Origin: Narcine bancroftii
Taxonomy: Eukaryota
Length of the DNA stretch: 64,000 bases
Direction: 5' to 3'
Assembly (NCBI RefSeq): GCF_036971445.1
Contig: NC_091476.1
Location: 140,058,001 to 140,122,000 of the forward strand
Shown: one piece after another, positions 37,261-50,870 of the stretch
Layout of the letters: each line of letters opens with the position of its first letter
Position numbering within the stretch: position 1 is the stretch's first letter
The notes under the pieces: generated by a model
The model's input: only the letters and a program-made list of their open reading frames with translations
Told to the model about the DNA's origin: nothing
Database searches by the model: none
Position numbers and translations under genes: made by a program

Positions 37261-38902
37261 GTCCTGTTGAGAAAAAGAAGCTGAGGAGTTGGATCACAGG
37301 CCTCTCTCAAATATGAAAGGTATTTAAACTAAATGGATGTTGGGAGAATATTTCCACTGCCGGAAAAGAATAAATCTAGAGGCCATCCATCCATGTAAGA
37401 TCATCAACAAATAATCCAACTGAGAATTCAGAAAGTAGTTCTTATTCAAAGAGCAGTGGGTGAACTGGATGCACTGAGGAGGGGAAGTACGCAATGGGAA
37501 AAGGAGCGGAGTCTTTCACTGATCAATTTCCATGCTGAAACACAAGAGATTTGACTGGGGTTAACTGGATGGACTGCCCTGTGGCGATGAAATCTACATA
37601 GGCACCAGTGAGAATAACCTGTGTTTGATAATAGCTTCCTTAACTGTGATGTTATTAATTCAACAGTTGGAGTCTGTGACATTGATAGGGATTATAAATC
37701 CATGGTGTCAAGTGGTAAACGATTGGATCAAAATGAATCCACAGAGCAAACATGTGGAAATATGTCGCTATTTCAAGAACAGAATTATTGGGCAATTTGA
37801 AGATCAGAGAGCCCAAGAATAAAGCAGTAATATGGGTAAATGAATATTTGCATCGTGTTTGCTCTGGAGATTAACAATAAACTTCTGAAAGAATGGGGAC
37901 TGGTTTACACCCACACCGTGCCTTATGTCTTATTTTTGCTGTTTATCTGGTGATTGAATATTTAAAAAAACTAATGTTACTTACCATAGAAATTTAAACG
38001 TGTGTAGACTCAGTACAATAAACCTACTACTTTTATAGGTTCTCTATCAAAAAAATGACCGCAGTCATGATTATCCATTATTCATAAAACAGTTGAATCA
38101 TCTGAGCAAAAATTCTTGCTCATTTTTAAGGATTTGTGATAGATCAAAGATTCAAATTGAAAAAAATGATGATAGGTTCCTTGAATATGCAAATTCTCCC
38201 AACATTTAAGATTGTACTAACAAATAATTGCTGGAGGAACTCAGCTGGTCAGACAAATCCATGGATAGATAAAGGCAGTCAATGTTTCAAGTCGAGACGC
38301 TCAATCGAGAGGGTAGAGAAAAGATTGGAAATTATATCACTTGGGATCACAAACTGAACGCAGACAGACCGTACTGAAGAGATAGGAGTCAGGGATTTAG
38401 GTGTATTGCTAGCTCTATTGGAAATCATATATCATAACTCTATATCTTGGCGACAGCTGACAGGATGAGAGTGTTACCAAAGGAGCAACTCATCTCCTTC
38501 CTGTGTGTAATCTTGAAGATCTCAGGTGCAAATGGTAAACTTGTCTCAAATAAAGGTTTAACCTCACTAAATCAATAGTCACAAAAATTACCTGAATTAT
38601 TGAAGCCAACAGAACCATCTTAAAATTGATGCTTTTGATTAAATAGTTATTTAGGCCATATCACCATCATGTATCATCCACATCTCAATAATGACCCAGA
38701 TGTTGTGCTGTGAAATTAGCATTCAGATGTTAAGTTAGTTTGGCTGAGGTCTTGTTCATGATAAAAATCATTTAATGAATGTTTTAAATATTAATACTGT
38801 GCAGTGTGATCTCTGGGTTATATGATAATAGTGGGCATATTATCAATCATCACATCCACTTTTGGACACAAATAATGTACAGAATTTGTCAGCATGCAAT
38901 TT

Positions 38903-39035
38903 GGGCAGCATGGTTGCATAGCGGTTTGCACAACATTACAGAGTCAGCGATTGGGACATGGGTTCGAATCCCACGCTGTCTGTAAGGAGCTTGTACGTTC
39001 TCCCTAAGCTTCCATGCTGTATGTCTAAGTTTTTA
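38903..39035 (+). mobile_element. Internally deleted HE1/V-type SINE
   Basis: B-box ggttcgaatcc, gctgtctgtaaggagcttgtacgttctccc, then a jump to the 3' end tgctgtatgtctaa. Confidence 0.75.
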
Positions 39036-39904
39036 AAAAAATACATAACATGCAGACAGATTGAATCTATTTATGTCTAAAATAGATGTCCTTTAGTTAA
39101 ATAAATTTGAGAAATGGTCAAAAAATTATTTTATTGAGTCTTGATAAAGGCTTTCAATTCAAAAATAGAGACTACCTCACATTTTATCTTTTTTGCACTA
39201 GTATTTATTTTTAAAAATCTTGTATTTAGGAAATTGTAAATTATAGTAATTTTGCATCTTGTTCTACACAACACTTGCTGCTGCAAAACAACAAATTTCA
39301 TAGCACATGTTCAGGACATTAAATCTGAATCTGATTCTGAAAATGTTAACTGACCATTTCTACCCATGAATGCTGACTGACCGACTGAGTTCCTCCAGCA
39401 ATTCTTTGTTCGTTCAAGATTCCTCCATCTGCTTCTTTCGCGAACATTGTGCTATCCAAGCCAGCTGTTGTTTCACATACACCCTGTTTTTTTTAAACAG
39501 AAATTTCAGTTCATATCCTCCTTATTTCTTACTAATGATGCTGTGTTTGTGATTGCTTTTTGGGGTTTGAGAACAAAATAAGTTTTGGTGTACCTTTCTG
39601 CATGTCTATTTTCCTTATGCCTCTCAAGGAAATACTTTGAAGTTTATTTTTACTTTTCATCATCCAAATTTAATATAACTATTTAAGGAATTTATGTGCA
39701 TCAATTACATGACAACATTTTCCATTATGGTCTTATGAATCAATGGTTTGAAGAGCAATATATCTGCACTAAGCAATTGGTTAAAAAAAAGGACAAAGAA
39801 ATCCACTGAACTCTGCATTTTACAGAGTGTGACTTTTTTTATATATGCTGGGGGCTGACATGCTTAAGGATGTAAACCATTGATTTGACAGGCCATGGTC
39901 TCTT

Positions 39905-39952
39905 TTTCTCTCTGTCTGTGTGTGTGTGTGTGTGTCTCTCTCTCTCTCTCTC
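39905..39952. repeat. Compound (TG)n(TC)n microsatellite
   Basis: Direct reading. Confidence 0.9.
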
Positions 39953-41444
39953 CGCTGTAATCTAGGTTCAAGTTCCAGCTGAAACCAAGGGACCCTCTAA
40001 TGGAAACATATTAAAACTGCACTTCTATGATTGATCTCCCAGATCAATTTACATTGGCATTTTTAAAGAAGGTCCATTTGTCTCGGTTTCGGTTTCTTAG
40101 GGTATTAAATGTCTAAGTCTGTGAAGCAGTGATGTTTGTGGAAATCCACCAAGACAGAAAACAGAATAAAATTGAACCAGTGGAGAGATCATAGATAGAA
40201 TTAAGATTCCAAGCTCTCTAACAGCAGGCATGGTGGTCAATGTAAGATGTAAGATCCTTAATTCGGGGAAGGGTGAATTTCATAGGATGAACCAGAACAA
40301 ACCAGGCAATTCTACAGGGCTAAGAAAGAGCAGTCAATCAGTCAGAAGAATTGCGATAAAATTAAATCGACCCCAAAACAATTTATATCCAAAGTTCTCA
40401 CCTTGCCAAAAATTAGTCATTAATGATCATATAGATCAATATAACTATTATCAGAAAATTATCTAACAATAATAAAAACATAAAAAGACAAAAGCTAACA
40501 CAAATATTGATGACAGGGTGAGATATTAAACTGCACAGTGCAGGAACAGAGTTCCAGGAAGGGAGCATGAGTACCTTTTTGTTGGTGTGTCAAAAGCAAC
40601 ACATTCATGTCACAAATTTGCTCAGAAAAAAAAGTGTCAGGAGAACTAGGAACTCATGATAATGTTAATGAAATAAAATTGCAGTAATGCTCATAATTAC
40701 TTTGCATCAGGGCTTATAAGCTAAGGAAGATAGAATGAAGGAGTTCTGTGGAAACTAATTACACTGGACAACAATTTTTTTCAAAAGATTTGCTTCCTGA
40801 AATTGGGGATTACGATAGATAATTTCAAGCTGAACTCAAAGATAATTTCAGATTTACTGTATTACGTAGGAAGTTGGAGAAACATTAAATTAACTTTGAT
40901 TGAATTTAGCATGTTTAATTGCATAATGACGCTGACACATTCTGTTATTAAACTGACCTAAAAATCTTTTGCCGCTGATTTTCATTTGTACTCAGCATCT
41001 GATGCCTCTTGTGCCAGTGTCCAACAATAGTTGGCCAGCATTGATGGATTCCAATTGCCCTGATACTGCTTTTCCATGGTCACAATATCCTGGTGAAAAC
41101 TTTCATCATATTCGTCCCTGACTACACTTGGATTCCAGGGCATACACAAGGAAAATTACTCATCCCAGTTTTCAACTGCTGGTAGGCAACATTGGGATTT
41201 ATCTGCAGCAGATTATAGTACTGTACATGCAGCTATGACAGCCATCCCTGTGTAAAGCTACCTGTTTGTTTGGCTTCCCAAGCATCACCCAAGACTCTCT
41301 CTCCCTCCACGCGAACCACACAGAGACTGAACTGAATCTCATCTAAAATATTCGCTGCAGTTAATCTCAGTGGTGGCTCTAATTGCAGTTTCCCCTTGCA
41401 GACACACATCTCCCTGACTTGGAAATACACCTGTACTATGGAGC

Positions 41445-41760
41445 ATCACACAGAAATGCTGGGGAAACTCAACAGGTCACGCAGCATCTATAGAAACTAA
41501 AAGGCAGTTGGCATTTTGGGCTGAGCCCTTCTTCAGGAGCGCTGAGAAACAGGCAGACACCTGAATAAAGAGAGGGGAAGGGGAGGAGAAGGAACTCAGG
41601 CCAACAAGTAAGATGTAATGGGTGGATGAAGGTTGAAGGGTAGAAGAGAAAGCAGCTGATAAGGGGGAAAGGCATAGGGCTAAGAAAGGAATGGGTAGGG
41701 GAGCTGGAGGAAGGGAGACAAAGGGATGAGGGAGACAGGAAAGACAGGGAGGGGGTTAAC
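41445..41760 (-). mobile_element. Penelope terminal repeat with hammerhead-like motif
   Basis: Minus strand CCTGAAGAAGGGCTCAGCCCAAAATGCC (41510-41537); same family as 21770-22300. Confidence 0.65.
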
Positions 41761-41907
41761 AGGAAGGAGACTATGGACTAAAGAAAAAACAAGTTAAAAA
41801 TGACAGCCCCTTGCTCATGTTGTTGTGGTGGGAATGGGATCTCAAATGTCATCATCGTCAAAAGCCACGTTAAGAAGCAAGTTGGAAATAATACTCAGAC
41901 TCAATGA

Positions 41908-42155
41908 GTGGCGGGACGGTTGGTATAGTGGTTAGTGTAACGCTGTTACAGCACCAGTTATTGAGACCGGGATTCAAATCCTGCGCTGTCTGTAAGGAGT
42001 TTGTACGTTCTCCCCATGTCTGCATGGGTTTTCCCCGGGGGCTCTGGTTTCCTCCCACTGTTCGAAATGTACCGAGGGTCGCAGGTTAATTGGGTTTAAT
42101 TGGGTGGCAAAGGCTCATGGGCCAAAAGGACCTGTTACCGTGCTGTATGTCTAAA
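41908..42155 (+). mobile_element. Full-length HE1/V-type tRNA-derived SINE
   Basis: A-box tggtatagtggttag, B-box-like ggattcaaatcc, V-domain ggagtttgtacgttctccccatgtctgcatgggtttt...ggtttcctcccac, CR1-like 3' end cctgttaccgtgctgtatgtctaa. Confidence 0.85.
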
Positions 42156-42249
42156 CGAAAAAATATTTCAGTTAATGTTGGTACTAATTCATTTCCAATA
42201 TTGCTGTTTAATAAAGAAAGATTTGTCAGGATAATGATGTGTGGTTGTG

Positions 42250-44540
42250 AAGAATGATTTTTATTACAAAGGGATTGTTTAATATGTTGCACAACAGAAT
42301 TTGAATTTGTTGTTTTGTGGCAGCTTCGTAGTGCAAACATTCATATAAACCACCGTACAACAATAAATAAAAATAGTGCATGAAAAGTCAAAGTAAGGCA
42401 GCATCTTTGGTTCATTGTTCATTCAGGAATCTGATGGCAGTGGGAAGATGTCCTTGTGCCGCTGAGTGCTCATCTTCAGGCTCCTGTACATTTTTCCTGA
42501 TGGTAGCAGAATGAAGAGGGCATGGCCTGGGTGGTGGGGCCACTTGATAGAGTCCTTAGTCTCTGCTTGTACGTCGGGAGTAGAAGTATAGTCAGGTGAT
42601 CAGACTTGCCGAAGTGTGGTCGTAATATGGCTTGGTAGGTGTTCTTCATGGTGGTGTAACAGTGGTTGAGTGTGTTGGCTACCCTGATCTCGCATATGAC
42701 GTGATGAACATAAGTTGAATAATGTGTGATCAATTCGTGACCTCTCGTGGACACTCAACATCTCCTCACTTGTCAGGAAGGCCAACAGTGACTGCATTTC
42801 CTGAGAAGAATGAAGCAGGTAAAGCTAGTGCCCATCATTATGTCAACTTTCTATAAGAGCTCTATCAAGAGCATCCTGGCTGGCTGCATGACAGTGTGGT
42901 ACGGTTGCTGCAGAGAAATGGATCGAAGGTCAATCCACAGGACCATAAGAGTGGCAGAGAGGATCACTGGAGTCTCCCTCCCCCCATCATTGTGATCTAC
43001 CGGGATCGTTGTCTGAAGAGGGCGCGCAAAATCATTGAGGACCCCTTCCACCTGCACACAGCACCTTTCAGCTGCTCCCATCAGAGAAGAGATACAGGAG
43101 GATCAGAGCCAGCACCACCAGGCCGAGGTACAGCTTCTTCCCATAGGCAGTGAGAAAGCTGAATGACCAAAGGAACTGCTCACACTAACCATCCGAGACT
43201 GTCATGTGTACAAAACAATATTTATTTGTATAGATGAAATGCTTGTCCTGCATATGTATTATTTGTCTATATGTGAGTTATGTCTGGTTGTGTGTCTGCA
43301 TGTTTTTCACTGAGGATGAAGAATGCTGTTTTGTTGGGTTGCACTTGTAATAAACTTGACTTGGTTTTCATTTGTTACTTCGTGCGGGATCACAAATTCT
43401 CTTCGTATTAGGACCTTTCATTTAATCTGGCAATAAGCACATGTGTAAATCCTCCTTAACTGTAGCGATCATAACCCTATGGAGGTGCCAGCGATGTATC
43501 TATATACTCTAAGTAACATCCTTCTTAACTGGACAGTAAAGATGCATTCATCAGGATGATCTTTATCGACTACAGTTCAGCATTTAACACCATCATCCCC
43601 TCAAAACTGATAAGAAAATTCCAAGACCTGGGATTCAATACCCCACTGTGTAATTAGATCATGGATTTCCTTACCTCCAGACCACAATCAGTGAAGATTG
43701 ATAAGAATGTCTCCACAATCTCCATCAGTACTGGAGCATCACAGGGCTGCGTTCTTAACCCCCTGCTCTACTCACTTTACACCTACAACTGTGTGGCTCG
43801 GTACGACAATAACACCATCTACAAATTTGCTGGCAATACCATGGCAGAGGGTTGTGTAAAGAAAGGCAATGAGTCAGCATACAGGAGGAAGATTGAAAAC
43901 TTGGCTGAATGATGCACCAACAACAACTTTGCACTCAATGACTTCAAGACTTAGGAATTGATTGTTGACCTCATAAAGGGAAACCAGAGGTATACATCCA
44001 GTGATCATTAGGGGATCAGAGGTGGAGAGGTGGGCAAAGTTCCTTGGGAGTCACTATCTCCGAGATCTGTCCTGAACCCAACACCTTTATGGCATTGTGA
44101 AGAAAGCACGTCAGCGCCTCTACTTACTCAGGAGTTTGCAAAGCTTTGGCATGACATCAGAACCTTGTCAAATTTCTACATTTGTATGGTGTGGAAAGTG
44201 CAACTGATCTGTCTGGTTTGGGGACACCAATACCTCTGAGAAGAAAGCCCCGCAAAAGGTAGTGGACACAGCCCAGCACATCAGAGGCAAAATCCCTCCC
44301 ATCAAGGATCTGCACCACCTAGCACATGCTCTGTTCTCAATGCTACCATCAGGAAAGATGGCACCACCAGGTTCAGGAACAACTGCTACCCCTCCACCAT
44401 CAGACTCCTCAACACCAGCTTAATTAGAGATTTATTTAAGGACTCTTACTTGTACACTTGATTGATTTTTTTATTTACTCTGTATTAACAGTTGGTAATT
44501 CTGCCTCGACACAGAAAAAAAGAATCATATATACTCTGAA
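42250..44540. mobile_element. Cluster of Rex1/Babar LINE fragments (minus ~42250-42740; plus ~42740-43340 and ~43530-44540)
   Basis: PHFGKSDHLTILLLPTYKQ (APE end); FYKSSIKSILAGCMTVWYG; DFLTSRPQSV, TGASQGCVLNPLLYSLYT (RT). Confidence 0.85.
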
Positions 44541-45054
44541 AATAAATCTGAAATCTGATAGGCATAACATCCTCGTTAATACACCTGTAACATCCTCCTT
44601 TCATCATATGATACTACAGCTGGAGCTCAGAGGCCTTGCTCACTACTCTGTGTTGAACAATGTTAATTCATTCAGTCAGTGGAGGGGATGAAACTTACCT
44701 GGGGCAGGTTAATGTGCATTGGAACATGATAGTATCATAAAGCAGTGCTCCAGAGAGATAATAATTGTTAGTGGAACTAATTAGTTGGACAACTTTAAAG
44801 TTCCAAGCATCAATAACTGTCTTGGTAATAGTAGAGTTTTGATCAAAAATGCTAATGCAGACTGCTGTGGTCACTTCAGGAGGTTTTATTTCAGCATGCA
44901 GCTTGTAACAGACATCCAGGAACATATGGGATGGAAATTTAGGGTTGTCCTGTCTTCCAATTTTCCTGACATCAGTTTGAAATGTTTCTAACTAAATCCA
45001 ACTTCTTTGACTATTAAGCGTGTTTTAGACCATGTGACTTCTAGAGCAAGCCTG

Positions 45055-45430
45055 TAGAACATCGAACATTACAGCAAAGAAACAGTCCCTTTGGCCCTTC
45101 TAGTCTGTGTCGAACTATTATTCTATTTAGTCCCTCTGACCTGCACCCAGTCCCTATTCTTCCACCCTCCCGTCCATGTACCTGTCCAAATTTTTCTTAA
45201 TTGTTAAAATTGAGCCCACGTTCACCACTTCAGCCGGTAGCTCTTTCCACACTTCCACCACTCTCTGTCCTCTAGTTTGCATTTCACCTACCCTCAGTGG
45301 AAAAAGCCTACTTGCATTTATTCTGTCTATACCCCTCATAATTTTGTATACCCCCATCAAATCTCCCCTCATTCTTCTATGCCCCAGGGAATAAAGTCCT
45401 AACCTTTTTAACCTTTCCCTGTTACTCAGT
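45055..45430 (-). mobile_element. CR1 3' fragment
   Basis: RERLKRLGLYSLGHRRMRGDL...KKNLDRYMD. Confidence 0.9.
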
Positions 45431-45644
45431 TTCTGGTCCAAGCAATATCCTAATAAATTTACGGAGTTGTAAAACTGAGATGAATTGTACTGCATTGTGG
45501 TACACTGCAGCAATGGGAGCACCAGCTGGATGAGTGAGTGTGAAGTGGGGATGGGCATTCCAGTAGGACAGAATCTGAGGTTCCCCCGTGCTAGCCCAAT
45601 GTCATCACATCCTATGTGTGGATATGCCACAGAGGATAATTAAA

Positions 45645-46345
45645 CAAAAATTTAGACTTGCAGCAAAGTAACAGGCCCTATCAAGCCATGAGCCTGTGCC
45701 GCACAATTACACCCAATTGACCTACAACCCTCATGTGCTTTGGAGGGTGGGAGAAAACCAGAGTCCCCGGAGGAAACTCACACAGATACAGGGAGAATGT
45801 AGAAACTCCTCACAGGCAGCGTGGGATTCGAACCCCGCTGGCGTAATAACAGTGCTGCACTAACCGCTATGCTAATTGTGCCACCCGCAATCACAATATT
45901 TGAAAGTCACTTAGACTGACCCATGGACAGGAAAGGTTTCGAGGGTCATGGGTTGATTGGAGACAAATGGGATTAGCTCAGCGAGGCAGCTTGTTGGTAT
46001 GGTGGAGTTGGAATAAAGGCCTTGTTTGTTTGCTATAAAACTCTCTGAGTTTGTCATCACCAGATGAACACAGTCAAAGGTGGCACGGCTAACGTAGTTG
46101 GGTGACACAATGTAGCAATTAGCGCAATGCTATTACAGTACCAGCGACCTGGGTTCGAATCTGATGTTGTCTGTAAGTAGTTTGTATGTTTTCCCCATAG
46201 CTGCGTGGGTTTTCCCCGGGGGCTCCAGTTTCCTCACACTGTTCAAAATGTATTGGTGGTTATAGGTTAATTGGGTGTAATTGGATGGCATGGGCGTTGG
46301 CTGAAAGGGCCTATAACTGTGCAGTATATCTAAATTAAAAAAAAG
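45645..46345. mobile_element. Two divergently oriented HE1/V-type SINEs (minus ~45645-45890; plus ~46100-46345)
   Basis: B-boxes ggattcgaacc (minus) and ggttcgaatc (plus); V-domain sequence in both. Confidence 0.8.
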
Positions 46346-46429
46346 GCTCTCACTGGTTGAGGTTTAAAGGGGATTTTGCAGATATGTCATTGGACCCATC
46401 TTAGGATCAGGAGCCCTGTCCGGATCAAA

Positions 46430-47410
46430 CACATTGAGCCTAGCACAAAAAAGAAAAGGTGATTTAAGTGTGGCTGTTGCATTAGATGCAAAAAAAGGCA
46501 TTTGACAGATTGGAATGGAATTTTTATTTAAGGTGCTGGAAAAATTTGGACTTGGACAATCTTTCATTAACTGGATTAAAGTACTGTACATTAGACCAAA
46601 GACTAAAGTAGTAATCAATGGGCAAATTTTTGCCCCGTTTCACTTACAAAGATCTGGTAGACAAGGATCTCCTTTGTCACCAACACTATTTGTTTTAGCA
46701 ATTGAACCTCTTGCAGAGATAATTAGATGAGATGTATTCATTAGGGGGACCTTTTGGGGTAAAAATAGGGGAACTATTAGAACAAATCACTTGTATTTCA
46801 TATCCACAAACCCTGACCTATTCCTATTAGGAAACACAGAAGCGATGAACTGTAAGTTGAATCTTAAGTCAAAAGAAATTTGTGAAAATAGTATTGGTGG
46901 TGGCAAGAAAGTGTATTGTAGTTACTTGGAAATCGGATTTGCGTTTACATGTAGATAGATTACATGCAGAAATTCAAAAGTGTATTCCATTAGAAAAAAT
47001 TACATTATTTGACGAATAAGCCTAATCTATATTTACAACTATAGAGCACAAGATAAGTATTTTGTTTACTTTTATCTCTTCCGATCACTGGATCGTAATC
47101 TTAATTCATCTGTAAGGTGAATTAAGATATTTGTTTGTTTGACAAAGTCCTTGGTTCCCCATAGCCTATCCTTGAACAATCTAGTAGGTCTTTTTAGTTT
47201 CTTTCTTTTCTTTAATATATTACTGTGTAACACGAAAATATGTAAGCATTGTTTTTTGATTTTGTTTTATGGAATTAGGTTAGGGAGGGTTTGTTAAAGG
47301 GAGGGGGTACAATTCTTTTTTGTCAGGATCAATCTGTACAATATGATGGATGTATACAAATGATTACATACTACGTGTCTGAAAACTTTAAAATAAAGTA
47401 CTTAAAAAAA
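46430..47410 (+). mobile_element. Internally deleted L1/Tx1-type LINE (RT fragment joined to ORF2 C-terminus, 3' UTR, poly(A))
   Basis: ALDAKKAFD, FINWIKVLY, RQGSPLSPTLFVLAIEPLAEIIR; later IPLEKIT; ends aaaataaagtacttaaaaaaa. Confidence 0.8.
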
Positions 47411-48279
47411 ACACGTTGGGCCCATTAGAGTCACTGCAAGGTTAGAGGAGCCGTGGTAAATCTTCAGGCATCTCTTCCTCCAACACCCAACCACTCACTG
47501 ACAACTCTTGAGAATTCTCATCCTCAGAAACACAGCTCCTTGATGGTCCGCTCTTACTCCGACTCATGGCTGCCGGCCTTGGCATTAACTTCAATGGCTT
47601 CATGAGGCACCAATGCCATTTAACTGCAGCAGAAACATTTTCTCTCCACTGACCCTGCCTGGCCTGCTGGAGGTTTCCTCTGTCTATATGATATACTTTT
47701 AAATCCATATTTCCCCTTAGATTAATTTAATATTTTGTTGAATATTCAGGGGCAGCTGTGGCAGCAGTGGATACGTCCAAGAATTGCTTCTAAAGGTTTG
47801 AAGAAGTGGAGTGGAGACGAGAGAAGGGAATGAGTTAAAGGAAGATAAAGGAGGAAACAGAGCATTTTGAAAGCGAAGTGTAGGAATAGAGGGTCGAACT
47901 GTCCATCCTGTCTGGTCTGACCATGATGGCAGGCAATCTAACTAATTCTGTCTGCCTGCAGTCATCCATACCTCCCATTGCCTGCCTCCATGTGAGGAAG
48001 CAAGTGGGACAGGAGGATACAGTATGACAGGGTGAAACACAAAAGTCTGCAGACGCTGTAATTGTAATAAAAACACACAGAAACACTGGAGGAACTCAGC
48101 AGGTTTCACAGCGTCCAGAGGAGGTAAAGATATATTACTGACATTTTTGGCCTGAGCCCTTCAAGGTCTAAGCAAAGGTATGACAGAAAATGCTGAGAAG
48201 CTGCTGGCATTGTTTCCTTCCCTCTCCTTCCTGGGAGAGGAAAGATATGAATTGAAGAAGGAAGCTGAGCTTGGGAGCA

Positions 48280-48451
48280 GCTTGTGGGTAATCCCCTCCC
48301 CTCCTGCACTCCACTGGCTACCGCGTCTATGACTGATGCAAGCTCTGCTGCCTGCCGCAGCTGGATTTAGTTCCTGGCCCCCAGCCAACTGTCACCCATT
48401 CTGCAGCAATGAAGGAGAGTGTGTGGAGCTTTCGAGGCGAGGAGACGCAGC
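48280..48451 (+). promoter_or_regulatory. Putative promoter and 5' UTR of the candidate first exon
   Basis: Unique, GC/CpG-enriched sequence with a cccctcccc (Sp/KLF-type) box directly upstream of a strong-Kozak ATG; inference only. Confidence 0.4.
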
Positions 48452-48548
48452 ATGGGGAATACTCACCACAAGAGGAAAGTGGCTCATTGTACAAAGCCCC
48501 GACCTGTTTGGTACTTTGGCCTCGGTCGCCCAGACAAGCAGAAAAAAG
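48452..48548 (+). CDS. Probable alternative first coding exon of an NHS-family gene (KIAA1522/NHSL3-like): MGNTHHKRKVAHCTKPRPVWYFGLGRPDKQKK-G
   Basis: Kozak gcagcATGG; phase-1 donor AAG|gtttgt at 48548/48549; recalled similarity to the mammalian KIAA1522 isoform start MGNSHHKRK...FWRFGR...; no downstream exon recognised in this window. Confidence 0.6.
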
Positions 48549-50404
48549 GTTTGTTGAAATAAACAAGAAGCATTCATGAAAACGCTCCAGAGAGAATTTC
48601 ACAGTGTGTTTCTATGTACACATACATACCTGCTGGATGTTAGTCAATGTATTGAGAAAGGATGCCATGTATTTTTTGTCAATTCCTCAGTTAGTTTCGT
48701 CTGAAACTGTGTTTGCAAATGTAAATTGTTTCTGAGCGACTATATTCTGTACCAGTTCTGGATATAGGTGTGAGCTCAGAGAAGTAACTAGGTCACAGGC
48801 TATTAGCTTTGGGTAAGCCAGAAGAAATGCCTTGTTTCAACAGGAAAATTAGGTGAATTTCGTTTTTTTTTAAGCAAGTGGCAGGACAGGCTTGGTTTAC
48901 TTTTGAAGTGAGTTACATCTGGTCTCCATGATGCTCCCTATGGAGAGTGCTGTGGCTTTTGTTCTGATGTAATTGGTGAGTTTATAATGGGTGGGCTCAT
49001 GATTTGTGTGTGGGTGACAATGTCTCTATTCAACAGCTTTACTGAATGAGAAATCTGTGTTTAAGCAAAAAGCTGTTGTGTTTAGCAAGGTGGTTGAATA
49101 TCCCCAGGGAGTCTGGGCTTTGCTGTAAAGCGAGCAAGGTTGGGATGAAAGGTGGGTATTGTTTTAATGCAGTACGCTGGAATTGGCAGTACATGCCTGC
49201 ACTTGTAAAAGTGAATATCAAACACACCCCATACAAACACTGAGAGTGAGTATCAGGGATGGCATATGCATAATTCTGTCTATTCCTGATTATCCTCCAC
49301 CTGAATGAGGGAATAAATGTGAGAACTTGGCAAGTGTGATTATTACTTTCACACTACCATGGTGGATCTCATTAAAAAGCTTACTAAAATCCCTTCCTTC
49401 AATTGGTTTTAAAAGTATTTGAGGACCAGCCCTCCATCTGTAAAACTCTCTACTGGAGCATCTTGTGTTTCAGCTGCTGACCTGTAGTAGTCTCACAAAC
49501 TTTAAGTACAATGAAAGGTCATGTGTCCTGCGGTATTTATAAAACATAAATAGTCTGACTGACTTTTCCACCTTCTGGATTGATGATATTTGAAGAGGAA
49601 AAACAAAGTTTTGTTTAATAAATCTGTGCACATCCATGATGGCAACAGATTCTTCAGTATTAATGATTAACCTTGGGGAGATGGTTTCTGATGAGAAACC
49701 TTCTTGCTTATCAATATTCTATTGGTTTAATTATGGGTGTTATGGTAATTATTCAATGAAATGAAGCATTTTTGCAAGTGCAAGTTGTGTGGAAGTATAT
49801 GGATATGCATGGAAAATGGACATGAAGAGAGGAATCTGGTTATGGACAGTTCGTGGAACTGAACCCTTACATCACACAAGGACTGTCAGTATTCTGTTTG
49901 ATATTACATTCAAGTGTTAAAATTGAATGTATTAACTGATAATAAATGTATGAATTTTATCTTTTCCAATTCCCTGCAATACTTTTGCCACAGGCCCTCG
50001 GCAAGAAAGCAGCATGAGTCAACATCCTGAATCTTCTTTCACCAGTCCTGTGAAAAGAAAGCAGAGACACATCTCCTCACCTTTCGTTCCGCAATCAAAT
50101 CGACACCCACGTCTCCAGCCCACTTTGTGTCAATGCTTCTTAGGTCCAGGGATTCTAGTAGGCTCTATTTGGTTCTTCTTCTCAGCTCATTGGGTATGAA
50201 GCATCGCAGCCATCTGTAGTGTTTGCCTTTGCTTTGTGGGTTCTAATGGCCTGCACTCCCTGCCATAGCTGCCGTGTATCTGTCTCTGTAGTTCTGCAAA
50301 GTTTTATCTTCACGACATTCTTTTGGAAGTGTTTCTGGAAACTTTCATCAGTGAATGATATGGTCAACCCTGACCACCCATGTTGCAACTTCCTCATGAA
50401 ACTT

Positions 50405-50870
50405 TTAACATTTAGACATACAGCATGGTAACAGGCCTTCTGGCCTACAAGCTCATGCTGCCCAAATACACCAATTAACATACCAAGGGCGAGAGGAAAC
50501 TGGGGCACTAGGGGGCACCCATGAAGAATATAAGAAATAGGAGCAGGAGAAATCCAGCCCATTGAGCGTGCTTCGCCATTCAATGAGATCATGCCTGATC
50601 TGATGATAGGCTCATCTCCACCTACCTGCCTTTTCCCCTTATCGTTTAATTCCCCTATTTAGTAAAAATCTATCCAACCTTGTCTTAAATATATTTACTG
50701 AGGTTGCCTCCACTGCTTCAATAGGCAGTGAATTAAACAGATTCACCATCCTCTGGGTAAAGTAGTTCCTCTTCATCTCAGATATGGGAGAATGTACAAA
50801 CTCCTTACAGACAGCACCAGATTCAAACCTGGGTCGCTGGCGCTGTACTCTATGCTGACTGCGCCACCCA
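50405..50870 (-). mobile_element. HE1/V-type SINE interrupted by a CR1 3' fragment (~50520-50780)
   Basis: SINE 3' part at 50405-50500 and 5' part at 50785-50870 flank the CR1 tail ataagaaataggagcaggag. Confidence 0.7.

Noticed and set aside
38903-46345. tRNA genes suggested by A-box and B-box motifs (e.g. ggttcgaatcc)
   Set aside because: Each continues into the SINE V-domain and LINE-like tail; these are SINE heads, not tRNAs.
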